DNA from: Calditrichaceae bacterium
Lineage (GTDB): Bacteria; Calditrichota; Calditrichia; Calditrichales; JBFXGD01
DNA length: 64,000 bases
Assembly: GCA_050173015.1 (NCBI GenBank)
Contig: JBFXLE010000011.1
Coordinates: 43,718 to 107,717 of the forward strand
Direction: 5' to 3'
The position numbers were made by a program, and so were the translations under genes. Under the pieces are notes generated by a model, which saw only the letters and a list, made by a program, of their open reading frames with translations, ran no database searches and was not told the DNA's origin. Below, piece after piece: positions 1 to 8,312 of this stretch (position 1 is the first letter of the stretch; the number at the start of each line of letters is the position of its first letter).

Positions 1-168
1 AAAGAAGGGGTAGCAAAACGGATTGATGTTTTCGCGACAGCTTTACAGCAAAAAATGACAGTGATGGAAATCTCAGAACTGGATTTGAGCTATGCTCCGC
101 CGTATGCTCCGGTATGGGATCCGATACTGATCGCCGCAAATCAGGCAGCTAAGTCATTCGAAAAATAG
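1..168 (+). CDS. C-terminal part of a CoA-disulfide reductase / NADH oxidase family flavoprotein (5'-truncated by the window)
   Basis: Frame 1 reads KEGVAKRIDVFATALQQKMTVMEISELDLSYAPPYAPVWDPILIAANQAAKSFEK*; the KRIDV...LDLSYAPP...DP motif is typical of the dimerisation domain. Confidence 0.85.
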   Translation, partial: KEGVAKRIDVFATALQQKMTVMEISELDLSYAPPYAPVWDPILIAANQAAKSFEK

Positions 169-175
169 ACCGGTC

Positions 176-709
176 TCATCGCTCAATATAATTTTTTAGC
201 GAGGATAGATTCAAATTTATCAGCTCATTGAATGCGGGCCGGACAATTATAAAGTCCATTAGTTTTGACAGTACGGGAGGCGCCATATAAGTGATTTCCC
301 AAATGGCTTCCGTGCTTCCGTCCGGTAGTGCTTCCAGTACAATGGACTGCCGGATATTATGAATTAACGATTTCCTTACCGTATCGATCTGAGTAAAAGT
401 GATCCGGTCAGATGACTCGTAAATTTCTATCCGTTCTTTAATTTTCAGCTCTCTTCCGATGATTGAATAATCTACAACACGCAGGGATTTATTAAGTGAG
501 ACTTCGGGATAAAATTCTATCTGCCGTATAGATTTATACCAATTCGAATATTCATTTGGTCCGGTAACCGCTGCCCAGACAACCGTTTCGGGCGCCTCAA
601 TTGTAATCGATTTCCTTATACTGGTTTCGGGATTTAATATGATCCCGGTTACTAAAATGATAGAAAATAGTACGATAAGAATTGCTGAAACCACAGCTGA
701 AGTTTTCAT
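176..709 (-). CDS. SRPBCC/START-like (polyketide cyclase/dehydrase) protein with N-terminal membrane anchor
   Basis: SITIEAPETVVWAAV...W and C-terminal NLSSLKNYIE; the ATG at 709 overlaps the upstream stop (ATGA), so the ORF-track extension to 814 is probably spurious. Confidence 0.75.
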   Translation of the reverse strand: MKTSAVVSAILIVLFSIILVTGIILNPETSIRKSITIEAPETVVWAAVTGPNEYSNWYKSIRQIEFYPEVSLNKSLRVVDYSIIGRELKIKERIEIYESSDRITFTQIDTVRKSLIHNIRQSIVLEALPDGSTEAIWEITYMAPPVLSKLMDFIIVRPAFNELINLNLSSLKNYIER

Positions 710-1485
710 CTGATTAAGAGCATCTTTTTGGTATGGATTTGTTTTTGTCCCGTCAGACGGTAATAATATAATCCTGACGCGGCCGGGATACCGTTTTCGG
801 ACTGTCCGTCCCATAGAACGGTGTGTCTGCCCGTATTGTATATTCCGTCTGCCAGGCTACGAACTAATCTACCCCGGCTGTCAAAAATTTGCAAACTAAT
901 TTTTTGAGGACGGTCCAGTGAGAATCTGATGGTGGTTTCGGGATTAAAGGGATTGGGAAAATTGTGATTCAGCACAAAACTGATCGGATTTTCGGGACCG
1001 GAATCAACTGATGTTGCCAAAAGTCCGTCGATGGAAGCCCTGATATCGGAGATGTTTACGCCAAATCTTAAATATCTGATAATTCCTTCCTGATCGACCA
1101 CTACACTGTAATCATTAGCAACCTTATATGCAGCGCCGGTTTGTTGTCCGTTAAGCAGCAGAGGGTATTGAATCCCTGTACTGTTTTTAAAACTTTGGAG
1201 CTGTGAAGAGTTTCCGTTATAGTAATCAATTCCAACCGCCTGAAAAACGGTTTCACTATAATTATCCGCGATTTGGGTTTGCGTACTGCCGCCGGCAGCG
1301 AGACAAGACGGTCAATTGTATCCGACAAAAAATAGATAGATTACTTTGCCTTTATAATCACTGAGTTTAAATGTGCCTCCGTCCAGCCGGTTTAAAGTAA
1401 AATCGGGCGCCGGATCGCCTACCCCGGCAGTCAGTCCCGCTGAAAGGAGAAGTACCAATATTAACGGGAGAAACTTCGATTGCAT
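706..1485 (-). CDS. Secreted selenoprotein: AhpC/TlpA-like redoxin with UxxC (U58-P-S-C61) plus FlgD-Ig/T9SS-type C-terminal domain, 259 aa
   Basis: ATG at 1485 with GAGGA upstream; MQSKFLPLILVLLLSAGLTA-GVGDPAPDFTLNRLDGGTFKLSDYKGKVIYLFFVGYN[TGA]PSCLAAGG...IQYPLLLNG...SVVVDQEGIIRY continues in frame into the 706..1101 ORF ending NFPNPFNPETTI...KMLLIR. Confidence 0.85.
1279..1306 (-). promoter_or_regulatory. Candidate bacterial SECIS hairpin
   Basis: After UGA: ccgucUUGUcucGCUGCC-GGC-GGCAGUacGCAA; the G-starting apical loop lies 18 nt downstream of the UGA. Confidence 0.65.
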
Positions 1486-1504
1486 TATATATCCTCATTG
1501 TATG

Positions 1505-3019
1505 TTAAAATAGACTATTTAAGCGAAATTCTAATCCTTCAAACGGCTGCACCTGATAACATATTCCGCCGGTACACGCATTACCCCCGCGCCGTTTCCC
1601 ATAGAATAAGGCGGTAGAATGATTCTGATTAATCTGATAATTCAGGCTGAATCCAAGCCATGATTTGTAAATATCATTTTGAAGCGGATTTAGGGTGTTG
1701 TTTTCTACCGGATCATTTGTCAGTTCAAACGCCAGACCACCCGCCAGATTCGGAGCGCGAGTGAACGACAAGCCAAGGTATCCGTTTTTTGTGGTGTGAT
1801 TTTGCTCCTGATTAAATCGGTAGTTTCTGTCAAATTTTTGCGCCTGAATATCAACGGCAAGGCTCCAGATGCTGAGAAAATCATGCTCCAGGGTGATTCC
1901 CGCTGTCATCCGCTCATAAACATCGATGATCGGATCCTCTGACCAGTTAATAAAAGGTCTGATCAGAAAGTAGTCATTCAGGTAATAATTGATGTCAGCA
2001 TGATATTCCTGAAATGTGCGCTTAAAGCTGCCGAATTCATTAGTGGCTCTGGCGTGGTTTAGCGTTAATGTATTAAGTCCGTTGAGATTTATCAGGCTTT
2101 CGAGCTGAAAACCGCGTTCATCCTGCGGCTCGACCGAATGGGTGCTCCTGTTCAATAAAATGAAGGAATGCTCCCGGACAAGCTGCGGTGGATCATTAAA
2201 ATTGAGAGTAAACTCATGATAATCCTTATATTCGGCTATTATGCTTATACGGTTATAACTAAAACTTACCGATGAATAGAAAGCATGCCGGCTTTCTGTG
2301 CCCAATCTAAAAGGATCATTCGCGTCATCCAAATCCTGGACATATTCCACGTAGTATTGACTTCCGGAGATACCGTTGCCACTCAGGTTGAACCCTCCGA
2401 ATTCGGTGATCTCATTCTGGTAATCCTGACGGAGATACAACAGGCCGGGGGTCATTAAATTCCCTAAAGAAAAATTGATTTCACCTGCCTGAAGCAGGTT
2501 TGGGCGTCGCAAATCACGGTCATTTGTCGGCGGGCGTGTTAAGTCAAGAGGTTTTCCGTATAATACTTTCGCCTGAAAAAAATCTCCGGTATATCCCGCC
2601 GAAACTCCTTCTATATCCTTGAAGAAACCGTAATGTTGTCTTGTACCAATGTCTTCAAAAGTAACACCCGGTATCTCATAAGTGCGCAGCAGGAGACCGC
2701 GTCCGAGAATGTCAAAAAAGTTTCCAAGCCTGATCTGAAAATGGTTGTTTTGGAATTTTATATATTTTTGAGAGATTTGATTATACCGGTGGTCATCATT
2801 GGTGACCTCGAACGATTCAGTACGCAGACCGGCACTGAAATTATTATACCGATAATCCAGATTCATCTGATTGTATAAATTGTAATGCGCGGGCTGGCCA
2901 CTGTCCGGGATGTTTCCCAGTTGATATTCAAGACGGTTGGATACGGAGATTTGGCCTGATGTGATTGCGCCGGTGAATAGAATCAGAACTAAAGGAAGCA
3001 AATAATACTTATTTTTCAA
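1505..3019 (-). CDS. Outer-membrane beta-barrel protein (DUF6029-like) with a C-terminal Cys pair
   Basis: Signal peptide, amphipathic strands, GNFFDILGRGLLLR motif, C-terminal GGNACTGGICYQVQPFEGLEFRLNSLF with terminal Phe. Confidence 0.75.
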   Translation of the reverse strand: MKNKYYLLPLVLILFTGAITSGQISVSNRLEYQLGNIPDSGQPAHYNLYNQMNLDYRYNNFSAGLRTESFEVTNDDHRYNQISQKYIKFQNNHFQIRLGNFFDILGRGLLLRTYEIPGVTFEDIGTRQHYGFFKDIEGVSAGYTGDFFQAKVLYGKPLDLTRPPTNDRDLRRPNLLQAGEINFSLGNLMTPGLLYLRQDYQNEITEFGGFNLSGNGISGSQYYVEYVQDLDDANDPFRLGTESRHAFYSSVSFSYNRISIIAEYKDYHEFTLNFNDPPQLVREHSFILLNRSTHSVEPQDERGFQLESLINLNGLNTLTLNHARATNEFGSFKRTFQEYHADINYYLNDYFLIRPFINWSEDPIIDVYERMTAGITLEHDFLSIWSLAVDIQAQKFDRNYRFNQEQNHTTKNGYLGLSFTRAPNLAGGLAFELTNDPVENNTLNPLQNDIYKSWLGFSLNYQINQNHSTALFYGKRRGGNACTGGICYQVQPFEGLEFRLNSLF

Positions 3020-3515
3020 CTTTACTCTCCGGCGAATTTAATATTTTTAGGATTTCCTCTTCAATGATATTTTCATCTCCGGAACGGTAGCCCTTGTGGA
3101 TATAAATGATTTCACGATCACTGTTGATAATCAGCAGGGTTGGTATGTTGATGATGCCCAGTTCGGAGGCAAAGGAGCTGTTAGGGTCAAGAAGAATGGG
3201 ATAACTTATTTTATAAGTCTTTGCGAAGGGTTTAATTTTGGCGGAATTACGCGGGCTGTCCACATTGATTCCGATAAACGCAACGCCGCTATTTTTAAAT
3301 TGTTCGGAAAGTTTGTTCAATTTTGGAAGCGCTTTCGCACAAGGTTTGCACCAGGTGGCCCAAAAATCAATAACAGTTACATTCCCGCCTTTCAGTTCAG
3401 AAAAATTTGTCCATTTATTGTCGATATTTTTTAATTTAAAATCAGGGATAGTTCTTCCGGCCAAGACGGTTTGCAACAGAATAAGAGTGAAATATATCAT
3501 AAATCTGGAACGCAT
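3009..3515 (-). CDS. TlpA/ResA-family exported thiol:disulfide oxidoreductase
   Basis: Signal peptide; IPDFKL...VIDFWATWCKPC; IPT cis-Pro loop. Confidence 0.92.
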   Translation of the reverse strand: MRSRFMIYFTLILLQTVLAGRTIPDFKLKNIDNKWTNFSELKGGNVTVIDFWATWCKPCAKALPKLNKLSEQFKNSGVAFIGINVDSPRNSAKIKPFAKTYKISYPILLDPNSSFASELGIINIPTLLIINSDREIIYIHKGYRSGDENIIEEEILKILNSPESKVEK

Positions 3516-3667
3516 ATTTGTTACCTCGTTCTATTTTATATATATTATTTACTAAAGAGTCTAAGAAAGACTAACGCAGGTTTTTCCCAAAACATTCTAA
3601 TAACTTGAATTGTTCACGCTTATCATACTAATTTGATGAATCAAAGATATTTAACTTCAGATTGTTC

Positions 3668-4042
3668 ATGAAAAAAAAACTAATCGAACTAAACGAAGGA
3701 TTAGATAATCAGCATGTCAACCTGCTCTGTCTTGAAGTAGGAAGAGATATTCAGGTAATACTCAGCGGTGGTGCGTCCCATATCGGCGCGATCGGATTGG
3801 GTGTGTGTTATGACAGTGATAAGGCAAACTCATCGGTAATTGCCGTTCACGGTCACAAAGAGGACGATCTTGTAAAAAAAGCGGCATACAGGTTAAGCAA
3901 GGCATTAAGAAGAAACGTAGCTGTTTCGGCCGGCATTCATTATGATGATTTAACCGGTAATGATATCTCTGCAATTCTCGCCAATGCGGATCTATTGATT
4001 GACCGGTTAATAGAATTGCTCGAAAAAGACTCTAATCGTTAG
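3668..4042 (+). CDS. LpdD-like small protein (prenylated-flavin chaperone-like family)
   Basis: GRDIQVILSGG..HIGA...GHKEDDL...VSAGIHYDDL pattern. Confidence 0.6.
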   Translation: MKKKLIELNEGLDNQHVNLLCLEVGRDIQVILSGGASHIGAIGLGVCYDSDKANSSVIAVHGHKEDDLVKKAAYRLSKALRRNVAVSAGIHYDDLTGNDISAILANADLLIDRLIELLEKDSNR

Positions 4043-4125
4043 AAAAAATGAAACAAGATGCGTTTTTTTAAGTAAGAGGCTACCACAAGCGCTAAGTCCG
4101 CTATAATATAAAATTAGGAGTAGTC

Positions 4126-4260
4126 ATGTCTGAAAAACAAACCAACAAAACATCGAAATCAAACAAAAAGAAGAACAGTCAGGTTGATGGAATCTGGATA
4201 CTTGTTCTTTTTGCATTTCTTTTGATGGGTATCATCGCCATCGGTCTTTTTATTGAATAA
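4126..4260 (+). CDS. 44-aa single-pass membrane microprotein
   Basis: AGGAG 5 nt before ATG; MSEKQTNKTSKSNKKKNSQVDGIWILVLFAFLLMGIIAIGLFIE*. Confidence 0.7.
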   Translation: MSEKQTNKTSKSNKKKNSQVDGIWILVLFAFLLMGIIAIGLFIE

Positions 4261-4369
4261 AATAGCGCCGGAATATGTTCTAAAATGATCATGGACAGAA
4301 TTCGTAAAATCACGCGTCGGATATTCAAATTATCATAGCGGGAATCCGCAAACTACCGGAAATATAGAT

Positions 4370-6334
4370 ATGGAAATACCGTTTCTTGTTGATATAGTTA
4401 TAATTCTTGGATTATCAGTTCCCGTATCCTTTGTTTGCAGTAAGCTGAAAATACCCACTATTGTTGGATTTTTAATCACGGGAGTCCTCGCCGGACCGGC
4501 AGGGCTTTCGCTTGTGAGCGCGATGCATCAAGTGGAAGTTATGGCGGAGATAGGTGTTATTCTCCTGTTATTTTCCATCGGTCTTGAATTTTCGTTTAAA
4601 CATCTCTTTGAGTTAAGACGCACGGTTTTGGTTGGTGGCGCGATACAAGTCGGTTTAACAATTTTGCTGACAGCGATGATCGCGCAATTATTTGAATTCA
4701 GCTGGGAAAAATCAATTTTTTTCGGATTTCTGGTTGCCTTGAGCAGTACAGCGATTGTATTAAATCAGCTGCAGGCTTCTTCGGCGATTGACGCGCCTCA
4801 TGGCCGGACATCTTTGAGCATACTCATTTTTCAGGATATCGTGATTGTTCCGATGATGATATTGACACCTCTCTTATCCGGCAATAGTCAGCTTAATATT
4901 AGCTATGTTGCATTGCTTCTTGGTAAAGCCACCTTGCTGGTCGTGTTTGTTTTTGTGGGAACCCGCTGGCTGATCCCGAAAATATTTTTTCAGATTGCAA
5001 AAACTCAGCTTCGCGAACTCTTTTTATTAAGCATTGTATTTCTTGCTTTTGCCATTGCATGGCTGACTTCAATGATTGGACTGTCATTGGCACTGGGAGC
5101 TTTTTTAGCCGGTCTGATGATTTCAGAATCAGAATACAGTCATAATGCTATTTCACATATATTGCCGTTTCGTGATATATTTCTGAGTTTCTTCTTTGTA
5201 TCCGTAGGAATGCTGCTCGATATCAGGACGATTCTCAATCATTATGAAATTATAATATTTGTCCTTTTTGCCCTTATCATGTTAAAAATATTTACATCGG
5301 GAGCGGCCGCCTTAATTTTGGGCTATCCCTTGCGAACGGCTGTCTTTGTGGCCCTGGCGCTTGCCCAGATTGGCGAATTTTCGTTTGTACTGGCAAAAGA
5401 AGGCTACAGTCAGGCATTGATGACCGGGGAATTTTATCAGATATTCTTATCGGTTACGATACTGACCATGATATTCACGCCGTTTCTCATTTCAATAGGT
5501 GAATATTCAGACAGAATCGCGAATTTCCTACCCCTTCCTTCCGGAATTAAAAACAGAAGATTTTCAGAATATAACGCGACGAAAACAATTGAGAAACATC
5601 TCATAATCGCCGGATTCGGATTAAGCGGAAGAAATCTGGCTCATACAGCCCGGTCGGCGCAAATTCCATATATCATACTCGAAATGAATCCTGAAACGGT
5701 AAGAACGGAAAGATTTAAAGGTGAGCCGATATATTTTGGGGATGCCTGCCAGATATCTGTTCTGAAGCAGGCGGGAATACATTCCGCCAGGGTAATAGTT
5801 GTCGCGGTGTCAGATATTGCTGCCCTAAGAAGAATTGTATTCCTGGCGAAGCTCGAAAATCCTGAAATTTACGTCATCGCGAGAACCCGTTTTGTCAAGG
5901 AGATCGAACCGCTCCGGGAGCTTGGAGCCGATGAAATTGTGGCTGAAGAATTCGAATCATCCATTGAAATTTTTACACGCGTTCTAAAACGATTTTTGAT
6001 TTCGGATGAACTGATAGACGCGCTTAATTCTGAAGTTCGAGCTGACGGGTATAGCCAACTAAGAAAACCGGATTGGTCAGTTCACGCTCTGGATGATTTA
6101 AAACTGCCCGATGTCCGGGTGAGTCGGATGACGGTGACCGCGGTTTCCGGGCTTGCGGATAAAACTCTCTCAGAGATCGGGCTTCGCAAAAAATACGGTG
6201 TAACCCTGCTGGCTATCATTCGGGCGAAAAATGTGATTTCCAATCCTTCATCCGAAGAGCGAATTGTTGCAAATGATCAACTTATTGTGCTTGGCCACCC
6301 GGATCAGATAAGTGTATTGTTGACAAAGATCTGA
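4370..6334 (+). CDS. CPA2/Kef-family cation:proton antiporter with TrkA-N and TrkA-C domains
   Basis: AEIGVILLLFSIGLE, LIFQD, LAQIGEFSFVL, GFGLSG Rossmann motif, C-terminal RCK-C. Confidence 0.93.
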   Translation: MEIPFLVDIVIILGLSVPVSFVCSKLKIPTIVGFLITGVLAGPAGLSLVSAMHQVEVMAEIGVILLLFSIGLEFSFKHLFELRRTVLVGGAIQVGLTILLTAMIAQLFEFSWEKSIFFGFLVALSSTAIVLNQLQASSAIDAPHGRTSLSILIFQDIVIVPMMILTPLLSGNSQLNISYVALLLGKATLLVVFVFVGTRWLIPKIFFQIAKTQLRELFLLSIVFLAFAIAWLTSMIGLSLALGAFLAGLMISESEYSHNAISHILPFRDIFLSFFFVSVGMLLDIRTILNHYEIIIFVLFALIMLKIFTSGAAALILGYPLRTAVFVALALAQIGEFSFVLAKEGYSQALMTGEFYQIFLSVTILTMIFTPFLISIGEYSDRIANFLPLPSGIKNRRFSEYNATKTIEKHLIIAGFGLSGRNLAHTARSAQIPYIILEMNPETVRTERFKGEPIYFGDACQISVLKQAGIHSARVIVVAVSDIAALRRIVFLAKLENPEIYVIARTRFVKEIEPLRELGADEIVAEEFESSIEIFTRVLKRFLISDELIDALNSEVRADGYSQLRKPDWSVHALDDLKLPDVRVSRMTVTAVSGLADKTLSEIGLRKKYGVTLLAIIRAKNVISNPSSEERIVANDQLIVLGHPDQISVLLTKI

Positions 6335-6593
6335 TGTTGTATCAAATTCTCCCGCCATTTTTAATAAGCCCTAGTCCACTTTCAAACGCATGACAATTTT
6401 TTGTACCTGGCCGGTGATACGTTTAAATTGAACCCTATTTTCTTTGTAATGCGGTTAAAATGGCTGATGGGATAGATTGAAAACAGAAAAAATGGCTTTA
6501 AAATCGGTGTTGAGTCCTTGTATTTATAACTGTTTAGGTTTATATTTTTAGATTAAGTTATGGAATCGATTATCTTTTGACGGGAGGTTTTTC

Positions 6594-7946
6594 TTGTCCA
6601 CGCTTATGGTTTCGATATCGGGCGTACGAGGAGAGATAGGAAGTACCCTTACACCTGAAATTATACAGAAATATACCCTTGCGTACGGAACATATTTAAA
6701 CGGCGGTACAGTTATTGTCGGCCGTGATTCAAGAGTATCGGGACCCTTCGTCCTGTCAATCGTGAAGGGCTGTCTTATGGCAACAGGATGCAAAGTGATT
6801 GATATAGGGATTGTACCGACGCCAACTGTGCAGATGTCCATTGAGCATTACAAAGCGGATGGCGGCATCGCCATCACCGCCAGTCACAATCCGGTTCAAT
6901 GGAACGGATTGAAATTTATGGATTCAAACGGCCGGTTTTTAAGCCCGGAGAAAGCCGGACAGGTTTATGAAATGGCCGATAAGGGTGAATTCAGTCTAAA
7001 GGAATGGCAGTATCTTGGTGATGAAGTAAGTGATGAACGGGCAAATGAACGGCATATCGAAGCAGTGCTTAATCTTCCGTATATTGATTTGCAGAAACTG
7101 CGTGAACGCGGATTCCGGGTTGTGGTAGATACGGTAAACGGCGCGGGCGGACTCATCATCCCTCAGCTGCTGCGCAAAATGGGTTGTGAAGTAATCGCCA
7201 TAAATGATGAAGCAACGGGGCAGTTTTCTCACACCCCTGAACCGCTGCCTGAGAATCTTACCCAGTTGAGCCGGGCGGTAAAAGAAGCGGGAGCGGATCT
7301 CGGTTTTGCCGTCGATCCGGATGTGGATCGTTGCGCCATAGTGGACGAGAACGGTAATCCGATCGGGGAAGAATATACTCTGGCGTTGGCTGTAAAATTA
7401 ATACTTTCAAAAAAAATGGGCCGTGTTGTGGTAAATATGTCCACATCGATGGCCTCGGAAGATATCGCGAAATATTACAATTGCATGTTCCTCCGCAGCA
7501 AAGTCGGGGAGATTAATGTTGCTGAAATGATGGCAGAGTATGACGCGATTATCGGCGGAGAAGGAAACGGAGGGGTCATCCTGCCGGAACTTCATCTTGG
7601 GCGTGACGCGCCTCTGGCGGTGGTTTTGACCCTGCAGCATCTGCTTGAATTTGGAGGGACTTTATCGGAACTGCATCAATCACTGCCGCAATATACCATC
7701 GTGAAAATGAAAGTGGATATTGAAGGTATGAATCCCGAAACGGTTCTTGAGAAGTTAGCTAAAAAATATGCCAGTGAAGATATCAATTTACTGGACGGAG
7801 TCAAAATTGATTTTGACAAAAGTTGGGTGCACCTTCGCAAGTCCAATACCGAGCCAATCGTGCGGGTGATGGCGGAGGCACCGACGGATGATGACGCAAA
7901 GGCACTGGCAAATCGATTTATGGATGAAATTAAACAATTAATGTGA
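6594..7946 (+). CDS. glmM: Phosphoglucosamine mutase (alpha-D-phosphohexomutase)
   Basis: ITASHNP, DPDVDR, GGEGNGG, RKSNTEP; TTG start after GGAGG. Confidence 0.85.
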   Translation: MSTLMVSISGVRGEIGSTLTPEIIQKYTLAYGTYLNGGTVIVGRDSRVSGPFVLSIVKGCLMATGCKVIDIGIVPTPTVQMSIEHYKADGGIAITASHNPVQWNGLKFMDSNGRFLSPEKAGQVYEMADKGEFSLKEWQYLGDEVSDERANERHIEAVLNLPYIDLQKLRERGFRVVVDTVNGAGGLIIPQLLRKMGCEVIAINDEATGQFSHTPEPLPENLTQLSRAVKEAGADLGFAVDPDVDRCAIVDENGNPIGEEYTLALAVKLILSKKMGRVVVNMSTSMASEDIAKYYNCMFLRSKVGEINVAEMMAEYDAIIGGEGNGGVILPELHLGRDAPLAVVLTLQHLLEFGGTLSELHQSLPQYTIVKMKVDIEGMNPETVLEKLAKKYASEDINLLDGVKIDFDKSWVHLRKSNTEPIVRVMAEAPTDDDAKALANRFMDEIKQLM

Positions 7947-7958
7947 TATTGGGAATTT

Positions 7959-8234
7959 ATGATTATCTGCAGAGTGCTCGGTGATATCGTATCTACCGTA
8001 AAAAACAGCCACTTCGAAGGTAAAAAACTGATGATTGTCCAGCCTTTGGATTTGTCTGATCAGGCGGAAGGCAAAGCCTTCATAGCGCTGGATACCGTTC
8101 AGGCGGGCATGGGTGATAAGGTGCTTGTAATGAGAGAGGGCGGCTCGGCGAGGATCATTTTTAACGATAATGAAATTCCCGTACAGGCGGTAATTGTGGG
8201 TGTGGTGGACAATGTGGATATCGTTGAATCCTGA
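7959..8234 (+). CDS. EutN/CcmL bacterial microcompartment pentameric vertex protein (BMC-P)
   Basis: RVLGDIVSTVK...KLMIVQP...ALDTVQAGMGDKVLVMREGGSAR...PVQAVIVGVVD. Confidence 0.92.
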   Translation: MIICRVLGDIVSTVKNSHFEGKKLMIVQPLDLSDQAEGKAFIALDTVQAGMGDKVLVMREGGSARIIFNDNEIPVQAVIVGVVDNVDIVES

Positions 8235-8312
8235 TCCGGGTGAATAATTTGTGTGTGAAGAGAATTTAATATATAATAAAATTAATGGAATCATTTAAAA
8301 TCAGGCTGAATT

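Noticed and set aside
710-814. N-terminal extension of the SRPBCC ORF
   Set aside because: It overlaps the upstream gene's C-terminal domain; the ATGA-coupled start at 709 is more plausible
1101-1328. 75-aa ORF from the track
   Set aside because: It is an off-frame shadow of the selenoprotein CDS, whose frame gives a coherent redoxin sequence
706-1485. Nonsense pseudogene interpretation
   Set aside because: The only stop is a TGA at the catalytic Cys position followed by a SECIS-like hairpin, with no other lesions; disfavoured, though not excluded until sel genes are found
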